From an uncultured Candidatus Saccharibacteria bacterium (lineage in GTDB: Bacteria; Patescibacteriota; Minisyncoccia; Phycocordibacterales; UBA9973): a stretch of 64,000 nucleotides of DNA. Shown here in pieces: positions 47,487 through 57,856 of the stretch. Position numbers and translations under genes: made by a program. The notes below the pieces were generated by a model. That model saw only the letters and a program-made list of their open reading frames with translations, was not told the DNA's origin and searched no databases. The first letter of the stretch is position 1, and each line of letters opens with the position of its first letter. The stretch is from NCBI GenBank assembly GCA_964544225.1, contig CAZIZK010000001.1:54856-118855 (forward strand), written 5' to 3'.

Positions 47487-48770
47487 TTACATATTTAATG
47501 CCTTCTTGCCTATATCATGGCGGTAGTACATGCCTTCGAAATTTATTTTTGTACAAGCTTTGTACGCTTTTACTAAAGCTTCTTCAAGCGTTGCACCTGT
47601 GGCAGACACACCGAGGACTCGGCCACCATTGGTAACCAATTCACCCTTATCATTTAGTTTTGTTCCTGCGTGAAATACCACAATATCAGTATCAAGTTCG
47701 GCTTCATCGATACCAGTTATCACTTTACCCTTTTCATAATTCTCGGGGTAGCCACCCGATGCAAGGACTATCGTACAAGCGTAGCCCTCCTTCCAATTTA
47801 TCTCGAGCTCTACCAACTTGTGATCAATAACTGCATCGACAATATCAAGCAGGTCAGTATCTAAAAGGCGCATATAGCTCTGTGTCTCGGGGTCGCCGAA
47901 TCGGGCATTGTATTCCAATATCTTTGGACCATCACTTGTCAGCATGAGTCCTGGATACAAGACGCCTTCGTAATTGTTGCTGTCATGCTCCATACCGACA
48001 AGAGTTGGCAACATTATTGTATTCTTTATCATTGCAAATAGTGCTTCGTCTACAAACGGAACTGGTGCGATAGTACCCATGCCCCCAGTGTTCAGCCCCT
48101 CATCACCCTCGCCTATCTTCTTATGGTCCTGTGCAGTTGGGAAAGCTTTGTATGTTACCCCGTCGGAAAATGCATGAGTGGAAACTTCCGGACCTGTCAT
48201 GAACTCCTCTATCACTACTTCGCTACCAGCCTCACCGAAAACTTTCTTTACCATCATATTTTCCAATGCTTCATTTGCTTCATCTAAAGTCTCGGCAATT
48301 ATCACCCCCTTACCAAGTGCCAAGCCGGAAGCCTTCACCACTATTGGAACACTTTGTTTATTTAAATATTCTTTTGCTTCATCATAATTTGTAAAAGTTG
48401 CAAACTTTGCAGTTGGCAAATTGTGAGCTTGCATGAACTTCTTTGAAAATGCTTTTGAGGATTCGAGCTGTGCGGCCGCCTTTGTCGGGCCAAATATTCG
48501 CAAACCATTCGCGCGGAACAAGTCCACGATACCTAGTGCTAGTGGGTCGTCGGGGATAGCGAGTGTTACATCAATAGACTCCTTCTTTGCAAAGTCTAAT
48601 AGGCCTCGGATATCGGTGGCAGAAATTGCAACATTGATACCAATACTAGCTGTACCAGCATTGCCCGGTGCAAAGTATATCTGCCCAGCCCGTGGAGACT
48701 GAGCCACCTTCCACCCTATGGCATGTTCCCTACCACCTGCGCCTATTATCAATATCTTTTGCTTTTGCAT
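47487..48770 (-). CDS. purD: Phosphoribosylamine-glycine ligase
   Basis: GGREHA, GLALGKGV, NTGGMG, EYNARFGDPE. Confidence 0.97.
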   Translation of the reverse strand: MQKQKILIIGAGGREHAIGWKVAQSPRAGQIYFAPGNAGTASIGINVAISATDIRGLLDFAKKESIDVTLAIPDDPLALGIVDLFRANGLRIFGPTKAAAQLESSKAFSKKFMQAHNLPTAKFATFTNYDEAKEYLNKQSVPIVVKASGLALGKGVIIAETLDEANEALENMMVKKVFGEAGSEVVIEEFMTGPEVSTHAFSDGVTYKAFPTAQDHKKIGEGDEGLNTGGMGTIAPVPFVDEALFAMIKNTIMLPTLVGMEHDSNNYEGVLYPGLMLTSDGPKILEYNARFGDPETQSYMRLLDTDLLDIVDAVIDHKLVELEINWKEGYACTIVLASGGYPENYEKGKVITGIDEAELDTDIVVFHAGTKLNDKGELVTNGGRVLGVSATGATLEEALVKAYKACTKINFEGMYYRHDIGKKALNM

Positions 48771-48818
48771 ACAATAAATATATCACAAAATGCCTTGATA
48801 AATATGTGTTTATAAAGT

Positions 48819-49337
48819 TTGACTTACTTAATATTTAATGTTATGTTAAAAGAAAAAATATTAAAAAACATGAAAAAACAGATAGAAACTCTCGTAAAAG
48901 GTAAATTTTCTAACGAAATTATTGCCTTGTTGGAAAAAAACTTAGAAGAACATTCTGAGAAACCATTCTCTAGCCAAATAATTCTTTCTTTTAATTTTGG
49001 AGAAATTCTGGAATATAAAATTAATAAATCTACTACAAAAATTCTGAAAAATCTTAAACCGCAGAATTTAGAAAAAATTGAATCACCTGAAATTTTTTCT
49101 ACTATAATTAAAAAACTTTTGGAAAAAAGTGATTCCTACGCGGAAAGTTATTTAGAGGTTATTAGAATTATTAAAAAAGATGGCGAAATATTTTTTGACC
49201 CAAAAGAACATGATTCAAAAGATGTGCAAAGGACTCTTTCTGGATTAAATGCTTTTTTACTTAGTCGTGGTTTATTTTACTCTGTAAAAAATACAGGGAT
49301 AAGAAGAACTTTTACTTTGTACAAATTAAAATTTTAA
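48819..49337 (+). CDS. Hypothetical protein (very AT-rich; start uncertain)
   Basis: ORF on the opposite strand inside the pur cluster. Confidence 0.5.
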   Translation: MTYLIFNVMLKEKILKNMKKQIETLVKGKFSNEIIALLEKNLEEHSEKPFSSQIILSFNFGEILEYKINKSTTKILKNLKPQNLEKIESPEIFSTIIKKLLEKSDSYAESYLEVIRIIKKDGEIFFDPKEHDSKDVQRTLSGLNAFLLSRGLFYSVKNTGIRRTFTLYKLKF

Positions 49338-49383
49338 AAACAGTCCACAATATTGGAGAAAATCCAACTTGTGGATTTTCTTT

Positions 49384-50103
49384 TTACCCTTTTGGGTATT
49401 TTTCTATAGCTTTCTTTTTACATTCTTCCAAGATTACCTCTTCCACACTTTGTACAAGTGGTATATCACGATGAAATTCGGAAACAGTATTATTTATAAA
49501 ATCTTTCAAAAGTTCTATCTGCACTTCGTGTTCCACTGGCAACATACGAGCCTGCAAAGTTTCTGCGGTATCGTCTGGCAATATCACAACTCTTTTATTT
49601 TTTAGTACAACTCCTTCATCAAAGTTTACAGTCACACGGTGGGCTGTAGCCTCGCTATACCAGTCATGATTTGTTTTACGCACGAATTGTAGCCGTGCTT
49701 CATGCACACGCATGCCATACATACCCACACCACCAAAGTCGGGCCTGCTAGTATCTAGTGGGCCTGGGTGTTGGTTCACTATCATGCCTTTATAAACTTC
49801 GCAGACATTTGCTGGGGTCTTGGCTAGCCATCCATACTGGCCTATAAACTCTACATTCCTCTTTTTACATTCTTCTATTATCCTCTCGCCAAATTCCTCT
49901 TCTGTATCAAAATCCTTTCTTTTTATTATTACTATATCTTCGTCTTTTATAGCCAATGCTTTCGCCTTGGCTATACCACCAGCATCCTCCCTACTTGCTA
50001 TTACAAGCACCGGTTCCACACCAGAAAGTACGCCACTTTGTGTGGCTTTTATAATAGACTGCATTGTGGTTCCCCCTCCTGATATTAATAGTGCGATTTT
50101 CAT
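49384..50103 (-). CDS. purN: GAR transformylase
   Basis: LISGGGT, NQHPG, GMYGMRVH, TAHRV...DEG. Confidence 0.92.
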   Translation of the reverse strand: MKIALLISGGGTTMQSIIKATQSGVLSGVEPVLVIASREDAGGIAKAKALAIKDEDIVIIKRKDFDTEEEFGERIIEECKKRNVEFIGQYGWLAKTPANVCEVYKGMIVNQHPGPLDTSRPDFGGVGMYGMRVHEARLQFVRKTNHDWYSEATAHRVTVNFDEGVVLKNKRVVILPDDTAETLQARMLPVEHEVQIELLKDFINNTVSEFHRDIPLVQSVEEVILEECKKKAIEKYPKG

Positions 50104-50119
50104 AATTTTTATGGAACCA

Positions 50120-50218
50120 AATTAGTACTTTCCGAACACCCTCTTCGCAGGCCGACTGGGCCGAGAAAAGCAATTTTCTAGCAAGAAAATATGCGGGGGT
50201 TGAGGGGAGTAGCTAATT
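50120..50218 (-). repeat. Structured intergenic element, copy 1 (upstream of purN)
   Basis: ~72-bp core nearly identical to 51680-51751; outer stem AATTAG(C)TACT/AGTACTAATT. Confidence 0.8.
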
Positions 50219-50240
50219 TTGTGGAATAAAAAATTCATAA

Positions 50241-51638
50241 TTAGTTCTTCGGAACATCATAACTCACCTCGCTTTTCCTCTCCAATATATCTATTGGGTA
50301 CTCGCCAGTAAAGAATGATGTAGATAGATGATCAGCTGGGATACCCACAGCCCTAACCAACCCGTCTAGTGACAAGTAGTGCAGTGATGTAGCACCTAGA
50401 TACTCACGAATCTCCTCGACTGTTTTATGTGATGCTATCAGGTCGGACTGCTTTGGAGTATCGATACCGTAAAAGTCTGGGAACTTCACCGCCGGTGAAG
50501 AAACCAGGAAGTGAACCTCCGCGGCGCCTGCTTTGAACAAGCTTTCCACCAGCCTCTTACTAGTTGTACCACGCACAATAGAGTCGTCGATAACAGCAAC
50601 CCTCTTACCTTGTAGCATTTCTGGCATAGGGATCAATTTGAGTGCGACAGAATGTTCGCGTGACTTCTGAGTAGGCTCGATAAATGTTCGGTGCACATAG
50701 CGGTTCTTGATCAGTGCCATCTCCATAGGGATGCCAGACTCTTCGGAATACCCTATCGCCACCGACATAGCAGTATCTGGAACTGGCACGACAATATCGA
50801 CATCGATCTTGTATTCACGAGCAAGCTCGACACCAAAGTTCTTGCGAACTTCGTAAATTAATTTGCCATTCATTACAGAGTCGGGTCGGGCAAAATAAAC
50901 GTATTCAAATATATCATGCTTCGGTGTTGCAGGTGCAAGAGTTACACTCTCCATACAACCACCAGTAAACACGAGCATCTCACCAGGGGCAACGTCGCGC
51001 AACACTTTTGCGCCAACAGTTTTAATAGCACAAGTTTCTGAAGCTACCATATAACTACCATCATCTATCTGCCCTAGTGTAAGTGGGCGCATGCCGTATG
51101 AGTCGCGGATAGCTACGAGTTCCCCCTTGTTCATCATGACAATAGCAAAGGCACCAGTAAGAAGTGGGTAGACTTTTGTTACTGCATCCTTCAGGCTCAA
51201 ACCTTGGGATAGTAGTAACTGTACTGCATCGAATACAAGCTCGGAATCACTACGGTCAGGAACAAGTGCATTATTAGACTGCAAGAAATCTTGCAAAGCT
51301 TTTACTGAAGGCAAGTTACCATTGTGAGCAAGAGAAAAGTCGCCACCATTGATAACAGGTTGTGCATGGTCCAGTGCCCCACCCCCAGATGTAGAGTACC
51401 TGTTGTGGCCGATACCTATGTGGCCTGGTAGTTTATCGATATCTTCTTCTTTGTAGACATTGGATACGAGGCCGGCACCTTTGTGTGTATACATATTGTT
51501 ACCGTCGCAAGTTACAATACCTGAAGCTTCTTGCCCACGGTGTTGCAATGCAAACAAGCCAAAAAATATCATACGTGCCAATGGCAGATCATTACCATAT
51601 ATACCGACAATTCCACATTTCTCTTTTAAGTGTTCCAT
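50241..51638 (-). CDS. purF: Amidophosphoribosyltransferase
   Basis: MEHLKEKCGIVG propeptide, QHRGQ, HNRYST, DDSIVRGTT. Confidence 0.96.
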   Translation of the reverse strand: MEHLKEKCGIVGIYGNDLPLARMIFFGLFALQHRGQEASGIVTCDGNNMYTHKGAGLVSNVYKEEDIDKLPGHIGIGHNRYSTSGGGALDHAQPVINGGDFSLAHNGNLPSVKALQDFLQSNNALVPDRSDSELVFDAVQLLLSQGLSLKDAVTKVYPLLTGAFAIVMMNKGELVAIRDSYGMRPLTLGQIDDGSYMVASETCAIKTVGAKVLRDVAPGEMLVFTGGCMESVTLAPATPKHDIFEYVYFARPDSVMNGKLIYEVRKNFGVELAREYKIDVDIVVPVPDTAMSVAIGYSEESGIPMEMALIKNRYVHRTFIEPTQKSREHSVALKLIPMPEMLQGKRVAVIDDSIVRGTTSKRLVESLFKAGAAEVHFLVSSPAVKFPDFYGIDTPKQSDLIASHKTVEEIREYLGATSLHYLSLDGLVRAVGIPADHLSTSFFTGEYPIDILERKSEVSYDVPKN

Positions 51639-51672
51639 AATAAATTTTGTATTAATGATTTGAAATAAAATA

Positions 51673-51758
51673 AACCTTTCGAACACCCTCTTCACAGGCC
51701 GACTGGGCCGAGAAAAGCAATTTTTCACCAGAAAAATATGCGGGGGTTGAGAAAGGTT
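51673..51758 (-). repeat. Structured intergenic element, copy 2 (upstream of purF)
   Basis: Same core; different outer stem AACCTTTC/GAAAGGTT. Confidence 0.8.
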
Positions 51759-51777
51759 GTATTTTATGCAGAATCAT

Positions 51778-52563
51778 TTATTCCTTAAAATAATTAATTG
51801 CGTTTTTGAATAAAGTTAAACTGTTGCCGTATTTCTCGAGCTTCTTGCCCTTCCTCTTTGCTTCCTCTTTCTTCATCTGCCAAAGCGGACTATGGTGTGT
51901 AAATACTGCGCGCTCTGGGTGTGGCATAAGGCCGAGGATCCTGCCATTTGCAGATGTAACCCCAGCTATGTCATGCATAGCACCGTTTGGGTTAGACTCT
52001 AGATTCTGGAAATTACATACCTCACCCTTTGTATAAACAAATGCAATCTGCTTGTTCTTTACCATTGCATTATACTCCTTCTTTTCTATTATGTATCGGC
52101 CTTCACCATGAGCGATAGGTAGTGATATCTTCTTTATACCTTTTAACCATGGGCTTGAGCCTTTCACCTCAAGGTCCACCCACCTGTCGATATACTGTGC
52201 ACTTTTATTGTGGGCAAGCGCACCTGGCACAATACCGAGGGCTGTGATGATCTGGAAGCCATTACAAATACCTATGATCAAAGTATCACGAGCGATAAAT
52301 GCATCGATTTCTTTCTGTAAGTGATTGCGGAATTTATTGGCAAATGCTTTACCACTACCTGTGTCATCCCCATACGAGAACCCGCCAGGGAATGCCATAA
52401 TGTCGTATTTGTTCATCATCTCAGGACTCTTGATCAAATCATTAATATGTACGATATCGGCACGGCCACCTGCAAGCTCGAATACGAACTTGGTCTCCTC
52501 TTCGCAGTTGATACCATACCCTGCTAGCACTAACACCTTTGGTTTTGATTTTGTCTTTTTCAT
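51778..52563 (-). CDS. purQ: FGAM synthase glutaminase subunit
   Basis: GGFSYGD, GICNGFQ, AHGEG, MPHPER. Confidence 0.95.
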   Translation of the reverse strand: MKKTKSKPKVLVLAGYGINCEEETKFVFELAGGRADIVHINDLIKSPEMMNKYDIMAFPGGFSYGDDTGSGKAFANKFRNHLQKEIDAFIARDTLIIGICNGFQIITALGIVPGALAHNKSAQYIDRWVDLEVKGSSPWLKGIKKISLPIAHGEGRYIIEKKEYNAMVKNKQIAFVYTKGEVCNFQNLESNPNGAMHDIAGVTSANGRILGLMPHPERAVFTHHSPLWQMKKEEAKRKGKKLEKYGNSLTLFKNAINYFKE

Positions 52564-52567
52564 ATAA

Positions 52568-53431
52568 TTACATATTATCTATTTGGCCAGCTTTATTTCT
52601 CAACATACTTCTTGCTTCATCTATACTATTTTTTACTTTATTTACTAATGAAGCCACTTCACCCTTTTCTTGTTCGTTTTGAATTTTTGAAGGAATTACT
52701 TCAATAGCTGAATATACTCCATTTAATTGTTGTGCCATTTTCCTTAGGCTATCAGTATTTTCACTAAAACGCCCTTTCCCACGATAATTAATATTAAATC
52801 CTGCACTTAATTTATTTAAATATTCTGGTAAATTTTTAATATCATTTACAGATTCCAAGTTTTGCATTGCACTACCTATCAAGTTTTCATTATCAAAAAC
52901 CTGGTTTAATCCACGACCCTCTCTTTCACGCAATTCTCCCATTAATTGTCTTAAACGACTAGTAACTTCTTCTAAAGAACCCTTTAAGTGATGCATTTCT
53001 AATTTACTATCTTCAGCATCACTATTCTCCTTTATGTTTATTTGTTTTTCTTTATCTTTTAATTTAGCTTCTAAATCATCTTGTACAAATTTTAAGTCTT
53101 CCAATTTTGCTTTTTTGTCCATCAACGACGGGATATCCTCAGAAGGTTCCATGCCTAATTGTGCACGCAATTCATTTAACTTACGAGTATTTTCTTCTAT
53201 TTCACGCTGAACTTTATCAATTTCTGCATCAACCTTTTCTTTTTCTTGTTTCAGTTTTTCTGGTTCTTCGCTATTTTCAATATTAGGTTTATCCATATTT
53301 TCCTTTGATGTTGCAAGCTCACGGTATTGATCTATATTTTCTGCTTTTGCGTTATCTTGCATTGCAATAGCCTCTTGTTTTTCAATTTCAAGATTCTTTT
53401 CTTGTTTAGGTTGTATATATTCTTCTTTCAT
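52568..53431 (-). CDS. Coiled-coil hypothetical protein inserted between purL and purQ
   Basis: E/K/Q-rich heptads; lower GC than neighbours. Confidence 0.65.
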   Translation of the reverse strand: MKEEYIQPKQEKNLEIEKQEAIAMQDNAKAENIDQYRELATSKENMDKPNIENSEEPEKLKQEKEKVDAEIDKVQREIEENTRKLNELRAQLGMEPSEDIPSLMDKKAKLEDLKFVQDDLEAKLKDKEKQINIKENSDAEDSKLEMHHLKGSLEEVTSRLRQLMGELREREGRGLNQVFDNENLIGSAMQNLESVNDIKNLPEYLNKLSAGFNINYRGKGRFSENTDSLRKMAQQLNGVYSAIEVIPSKIQNEQEKGEVASLVNKVKNSIDEARSMLRNKAGQIDNM

Positions 53432-53433
53432 AA

Positions 53434-56409
53434 TTATAATTTATTTGCGAGGTTATGGTAAGCATCGGATAATTTTGTAACTGTTGTATCTACCACTTTA
53501 TCCTTGCCGTTCTTTATTACAATATTCTTGCCACCCACAGTTCCAATCTTACTAAGTGCTACGCCTTTCATCATGCCCTCGAACTTGTTCATATCCTTCT
53601 TTGCTACTGTTACCAATATTCTTCCTTGAGATTCAGAGAAAAGCTTCGCATCTACATGTGTGGCAGTTCCAGCGAGTTTACTAATATCGATATTCATACC
53701 CAAGGTTCCACCCACACTTGCACGAGCCAATGCCACTGCAAGTCCGCCAGAGTTTAATGATATTGACGATGCTATTATGCCTTTGCTGATTATACTTTCT
53801 AAAGCTTTGTAAGTTTTCAAATTCTTCTTTATATCCACCTTTGGCACATTGTTACCAATAGCACCAGTGTTACCGTATTTATTTATATAATACTCACTTG
53901 CACCCAATTCATCATGAGTCTCGCCTATTAGGTACACCACATCCCCTGCATATTTAAAGTCTGGGGTAACAGCTTTGTTGATATCTTTGATCACACTGAT
54001 AGATGATACAAGTAGTGTCGGTGGGATAGAGATAGCTACAGGTTCCCCCTTTTCATCATAGCCTTTGAAGTCGTTGAACATACTGTCCTTGCCAGATATA
54101 AGTGGCGCACTATAACCCACAGCCCCGTCATAACAAGCCTGCACTGCGCGAACCAATTCATATAGTCGAGCCTTATCGTACGATGAACACCAGCAAAAGT
54201 TGTCGAGTATCGCCATATGCTTCATCGCCCCACCCACAGCTACGTTGTTGCGGATAGCAGTATCAAGCGATGCAAGTGCCATATGATATGTGTCTATGTC
54301 TGAATACGATGGGTAAAGTCCATACGACAACACCACCCCACGCTCGCTATCAAGTACTGGGCGGATCACTTGCGCATCGGTATTAATACTACCCTTCCCC
54401 TCCAAAGGCTTTACTACAGAGCCTGCCTGGACCTCGTGATCATACTGAGTAGATATATTGGAATAGCCGGCAACATTCTTGCCTTTTAATAAATCAATAA
54501 ATTCTTTTGTTCGGTTTGTTGCAAATGAAAGTTTTGGTTCTTTGTGAATATTCTTTACCTCGCGACTTTCCAATTTTGTTTTTGGAAGTCCGTTGTGGAG
54601 GAACTCCATATCGATATCCATGATAACCTTGCCATTGTCACGCACCACACAGTGCCCACTGTTTGTAAATTCACCAATTATAGTTGCCTCTACTCCGCGA
54701 CTAATCATAAGATTGTTGAATTGATTCCATTTATTTTTTGGCACTGACAATGTCATGCGTTCTTGTGATTCAGATATCCATATCTCCCAAGGTGTAAGGC
54801 CTGGGTATTTTGTAGGAACTTTATCGATATCTACGATTGCACCTCCACACTCCTTTGCCATCTCGGCTACTGAACAAGATATACCACCAGCACCATTGTC
54901 GGTAACACTGTTGTATAGTTCCATATCACGAGCTTCTTTTACTATTGCATCACTCAATTTTTTCTGAGTTATCGGGTCGCCGATCTGCACGGCTGTGGCG
55001 GGGCTTGATGAATCCATCACAACCGATGAAAATGTCGCTCCGTGTATACCGTCGGCACCTACACGTCCACCAACTACTACTATATAGTCGCCCTTCTTTG
55101 CCTCCTTCTCCCAAGAATTGTGGCCTTTGATTTTATTTGGTATCAACCCTACTGTTCCCACGAACACTAGTGGTTTGCCACGGAAACGGTCATCGTATCG
55201 CACGAAGCCTGTTGTAGTAGGTATACCAGAACAATTACCCCCAACATTTACCCCTTTTATAACTCCATCCATAATACGCTTTGGAGGTAGCATCTTTATT
55301 GTCTTGTCTTTGTTTCTATATAGTGGGCGTGTATCAAAAGGATCGCCGAAACAATAACCATACATGTTGGCCACAGGCTTCGCACCAAGACCGAATCCGA
55401 TAGTGTCGCGATTCACCCCCACAATACCAGTAATAGCACCACCAAATGGGTCAAGGGCTGAAGGGCTATTGTGAGTCTCCACTTTGTGAGTGACAATGTA
55501 TTTATTATCAAACACTATTCCACCTGCATTGTCGGAAAATACTGATACACAGAAGTCGCCCTTGCCCATATCCTTCCTGATCTTATTTGTGGCACCTTTG
55601 ATATAAGTCTTGTACAAGCCATCTTTGATATCGTCTATCGGGTTTGCAAATATTGTATGCTTGCAGTGTTCGCTCCATGTCTGGGCTAGACTCTCCAGTT
55701 CGATATCGGTCGGCTTGCGGTGTAAACTTTTGAAATATTTCTGTATCACTTTCATACTTTCCAAGTCCAGTGCTAGTGGGCCACGGCGAGAACCATTTGG
55801 ATCCATGATCCCCTGCTTGCCGATATTTACCAACTCTTCGTCGGAAATATTTAAGGACACATCTATCACGCTCTTCTTCTTTGGTAATATAACAGCTGGA
55901 ACTTCGAGTGGAAGATTGAACCCCTGTTTATTATTGACTTTACTTAGTAACACAATACGAGCACGCTCGATCAAAGAGTTGTGGTTCGCCTGGGCTATCT
56001 TGTTTACATCTTCGATATTCAACTTGCCAGCAAGTAAATAAACTTTAGAAGTGTATACAGCATCGCTACCGGCGAATGGCTTCTTTAGTGTTTCAGATAT
56101 TTCCTCCATCACTGTACGAGCTACGTTGTCGGTAACACCTGGTGCATAACCCACTTCCAATACATAAGAAAAGCCTGAGACATCAGGCATAGTGTTGATA
56201 GAGTAAGACTCTAGGTTCTTGTTTGTAAGAAGTGTACCAATAGTATGAAGTTCATTATTATTAAAATGGGCATCAATAAGATACGAATCGATAACTTCTA
56301 CATTGGTAACTTTGGACTTCAATCCAAGTGCATTGAAAGATTTACAGAGGACCTTGCCTCTGCTGTCAGATACCTTCGGTGCGACATATACGCGATTTAT
56401 CATATACAT
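53434..56409 (-). CDS. purL: FGAM synthase PurL with N-terminal PurS-like extension
   Basis: QTWSEHCKH, KVETHNSPS, DGIHGA, DNGAGG, SESQERM, SGKDS. Confidence 0.95.
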   Translation of the reverse strand: MYMINRVYVAPKVSDSRGKVLCKSFNALGLKSKVTNVEVIDSYLIDAHFNNNELHTIGTLLTNKNLESYSINTMPDVSGFSYVLEVGYAPGVTDNVARTVMEEISETLKKPFAGSDAVYTSKVYLLAGKLNIEDVNKIAQANHNSLIERARIVLLSKVNNKQGFNLPLEVPAVILPKKKSVIDVSLNISDEELVNIGKQGIMDPNGSRRGPLALDLESMKVIQKYFKSLHRKPTDIELESLAQTWSEHCKHTIFANPIDDIKDGLYKTYIKGATNKIRKDMGKGDFCVSVFSDNAGGIVFDNKYIVTHKVETHNSPSALDPFGGAITGIVGVNRDTIGFGLGAKPVANMYGYCFGDPFDTRPLYRNKDKTIKMLPPKRIMDGVIKGVNVGGNCSGIPTTTGFVRYDDRFRGKPLVFVGTVGLIPNKIKGHNSWEKEAKKGDYIVVVGGRVGADGIHGATFSSVVMDSSSPATAVQIGDPITQKKLSDAIVKEARDMELYNSVTDNGAGGISCSVAEMAKECGGAIVDIDKVPTKYPGLTPWEIWISESQERMTLSVPKNKWNQFNNLMISRGVEATIIGEFTNSGHCVVRDNGKVIMDIDMEFLHNGLPKTKLESREVKNIHKEPKLSFATNRTKEFIDLLKGKNVAGYSNISTQYDHEVQAGSVVKPLEGKGSINTDAQVIRPVLDSERGVVLSYGLYPSYSDIDTYHMALASLDTAIRNNVAVGGAMKHMAILDNFCWCSSYDKARLYELVRAVQACYDGAVGYSAPLISGKDSMFNDFKGYDEKGEPVAISIPPTLLVSSISVIKDINKAVTPDFKYAGDVVYLIGETHDELGASEYYINKYGNTGAIGNNVPKVDIKKNLKTYKALESIISKGIIASSISLNSGGLAVALARASVGGTLGMNIDISKLAGTATHVDAKLFSESQGRILVTVAKKDMNKFEGMMKGVALSKIGTVGGKNIVIKNGKDKVVDTTVTKLSDAYHNLANKL

Positions 56410-56456
56410 ATATTAGACTATTTATAGAGCTGTGACAAATATGGTATTATCCATAC

Positions 56457-56879
56457 ATGACAACGCCAAAACTTACAGTTTCTGGGTACCGAGGTGTATG
56501 GGGCGAGAGCCTCAATACCGATATCGCCACACGCTATGCAAGAGCGTTTGGGATATTTATCTTAGAGCATCATCATAGCTATAAAGATAGTAGTGTAAAA
56601 CCCGAATTATTAGTAGCGCGCGATGGGCGCGAAAGTGGGGAGATGATAAGTGATGCCATAATACCTGTGTTGGAAGACTTAGGTATATCTGTAATAGATG
56701 GCGACATCCTGCCAACACCCACTATCATACTTGCCGTAAAAGAAAATAATTACGACGGAGCGATAATCATCACCGCCAGCCACAACCCAATACAATACAA
56801 CGGATTGAAATTCGTAACAGATGAAGCCCGAAGTATCAATGAACAAGAAGTAGCCGAAATAAAAAAACACTATGAATAA
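56457..56879 (+). CDS. Phosphohexomutase (PMM/GlmM family), domain I half
   Basis: VSGYRG, RDGRESG, PTP, TASHNP phosphoserine motif, NGLK. Confidence 0.85.
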   Translation: MTTPKLTVSGYRGVWGESLNTDIATRYARAFGIFILEHHHSYKDSSVKPELLVARDGRESGEMISDAIIPVLEDLGISVIDGDILPTPTIILAVKENNYDGAIIITASHNPIQYNGLKFVTDEARSINEQEVAEIKKHYE

Positions 56880-57783
56880 AACAAACTTTGTAAAGAACCA
56901 TGTAGACAAGATATTGGAACATATCGATGCCGAAGCTATTCGCAATCGGAAATTTAAAGTGGCTGTCGACATGATCAATGCGTCAGCGTGTGTGGTGGAC
57001 CCATACCTGTTCGAACAGTTAGGTATTGAATACGTAGCTATCAACAATACTCCCGATGGCAAATTCGCACACACTCCAGAACCGATAAAAGAAAACTTAA
57101 AAGATATTTGTGAGCTGGTGGCATCATCGGGTGCGGATATTGGATTCGCCCATGATCCAGATGCGGACCGCCTAGTAATAATAAATGAGAAGGGTGAATA
57201 TATTTCCGAGGAATACACACTAGGGTTCGGAGTAGAAGCAGTGTTGTCGAAGAACCTTGGCTCCAACGTAGCTATCAATATGTCGACATCACAGATGTGT
57301 ACCGATATCACAGAGAAGTATGGCGGTAAATGTTACCGAACCAAAGTCGGCGAGTCCAATGTGTTTGCTGGTATTGAACAATACAATGCCATTATAGGTG
57401 GCGAGGGTGGCAGTGGTGTTATATACCCTACTATCAACAACTGCAGGGATGGATTTGTCAGTATGTGCCTGGCCCTGGAGCTACTTGCAAAGCGCGGGAT
57501 GACAGTCAGCGAGCTTGTAAACAGCCTCCCGAAATATTTCATGCATAAAGATAAAGCAAGTATCGAAGGCAAGAACCTAGATGAATTGTATGCAAAATTA
57601 AAATCATACTTCCCAACAGGGTTAGTAAATGACCTAGATGGTATCCGCCTCGACTTCCCTGACAGATCATGGATACACCTACGCCCTTCAAACACCGAGC
57701 CTATCATCCGACTATTTGGCGAGGCAACAACCAAAGAAAGAATTGAACAACTCTTTAATGAGGCAAAAGAAATACTGAGATAA
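56872..57783 (+). CDS. Phosphohexomutase, domains II-IV half
   Basis: PEP, DPDADR, TKVGE, GGEG.SG, RPSNTEP. Confidence 0.88.
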   Translation: MNKTNFVKNHVDKILEHIDAEAIRNRKFKVAVDMINASACVVDPYLFEQLGIEYVAINNTPDGKFAHTPEPIKENLKDICELVASSGADIGFAHDPDADRLVIINEKGEYISEEYTLGFGVEAVLSKNLGSNVAINMSTSQMCTDITEKYGGKCYRTKVGESNVFAGIEQYNAIIGGEGGSGVIYPTINNCRDGFVSMCLALELLAKRGMTVSELVNSLPKYFMHKDKASIEGKNLDELYAKLKSYFPTGLVNDLDGIRLDFPDRSWIHLRPSNTEPIIRLFGEATTKERIEQLFNEAKEILR

Positions 57784-57856
57784 AATAAAAAAGGCCCTAA
57801 CTCTAATTCAGGAAAGAGTTCAGGGTCTTTTATAAAAATTTGCGAAGTTAAAGGAT

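Noticed and set aside
50133-50204. Known PRPP/ykkC or ZTP riboswitch
   Set aside because: GACTGGGCCGAGA resembles ykkC only on the non-coding strand; CUAGGGUUCCG and the ZTP GACUGGCG/GCCUGGGC pair are absent
51639-51728. 30-aa N-terminal extension of PurF
   Set aside because: It is translation through the repeat; ATG 51638 gives the normal short propeptide before Cys
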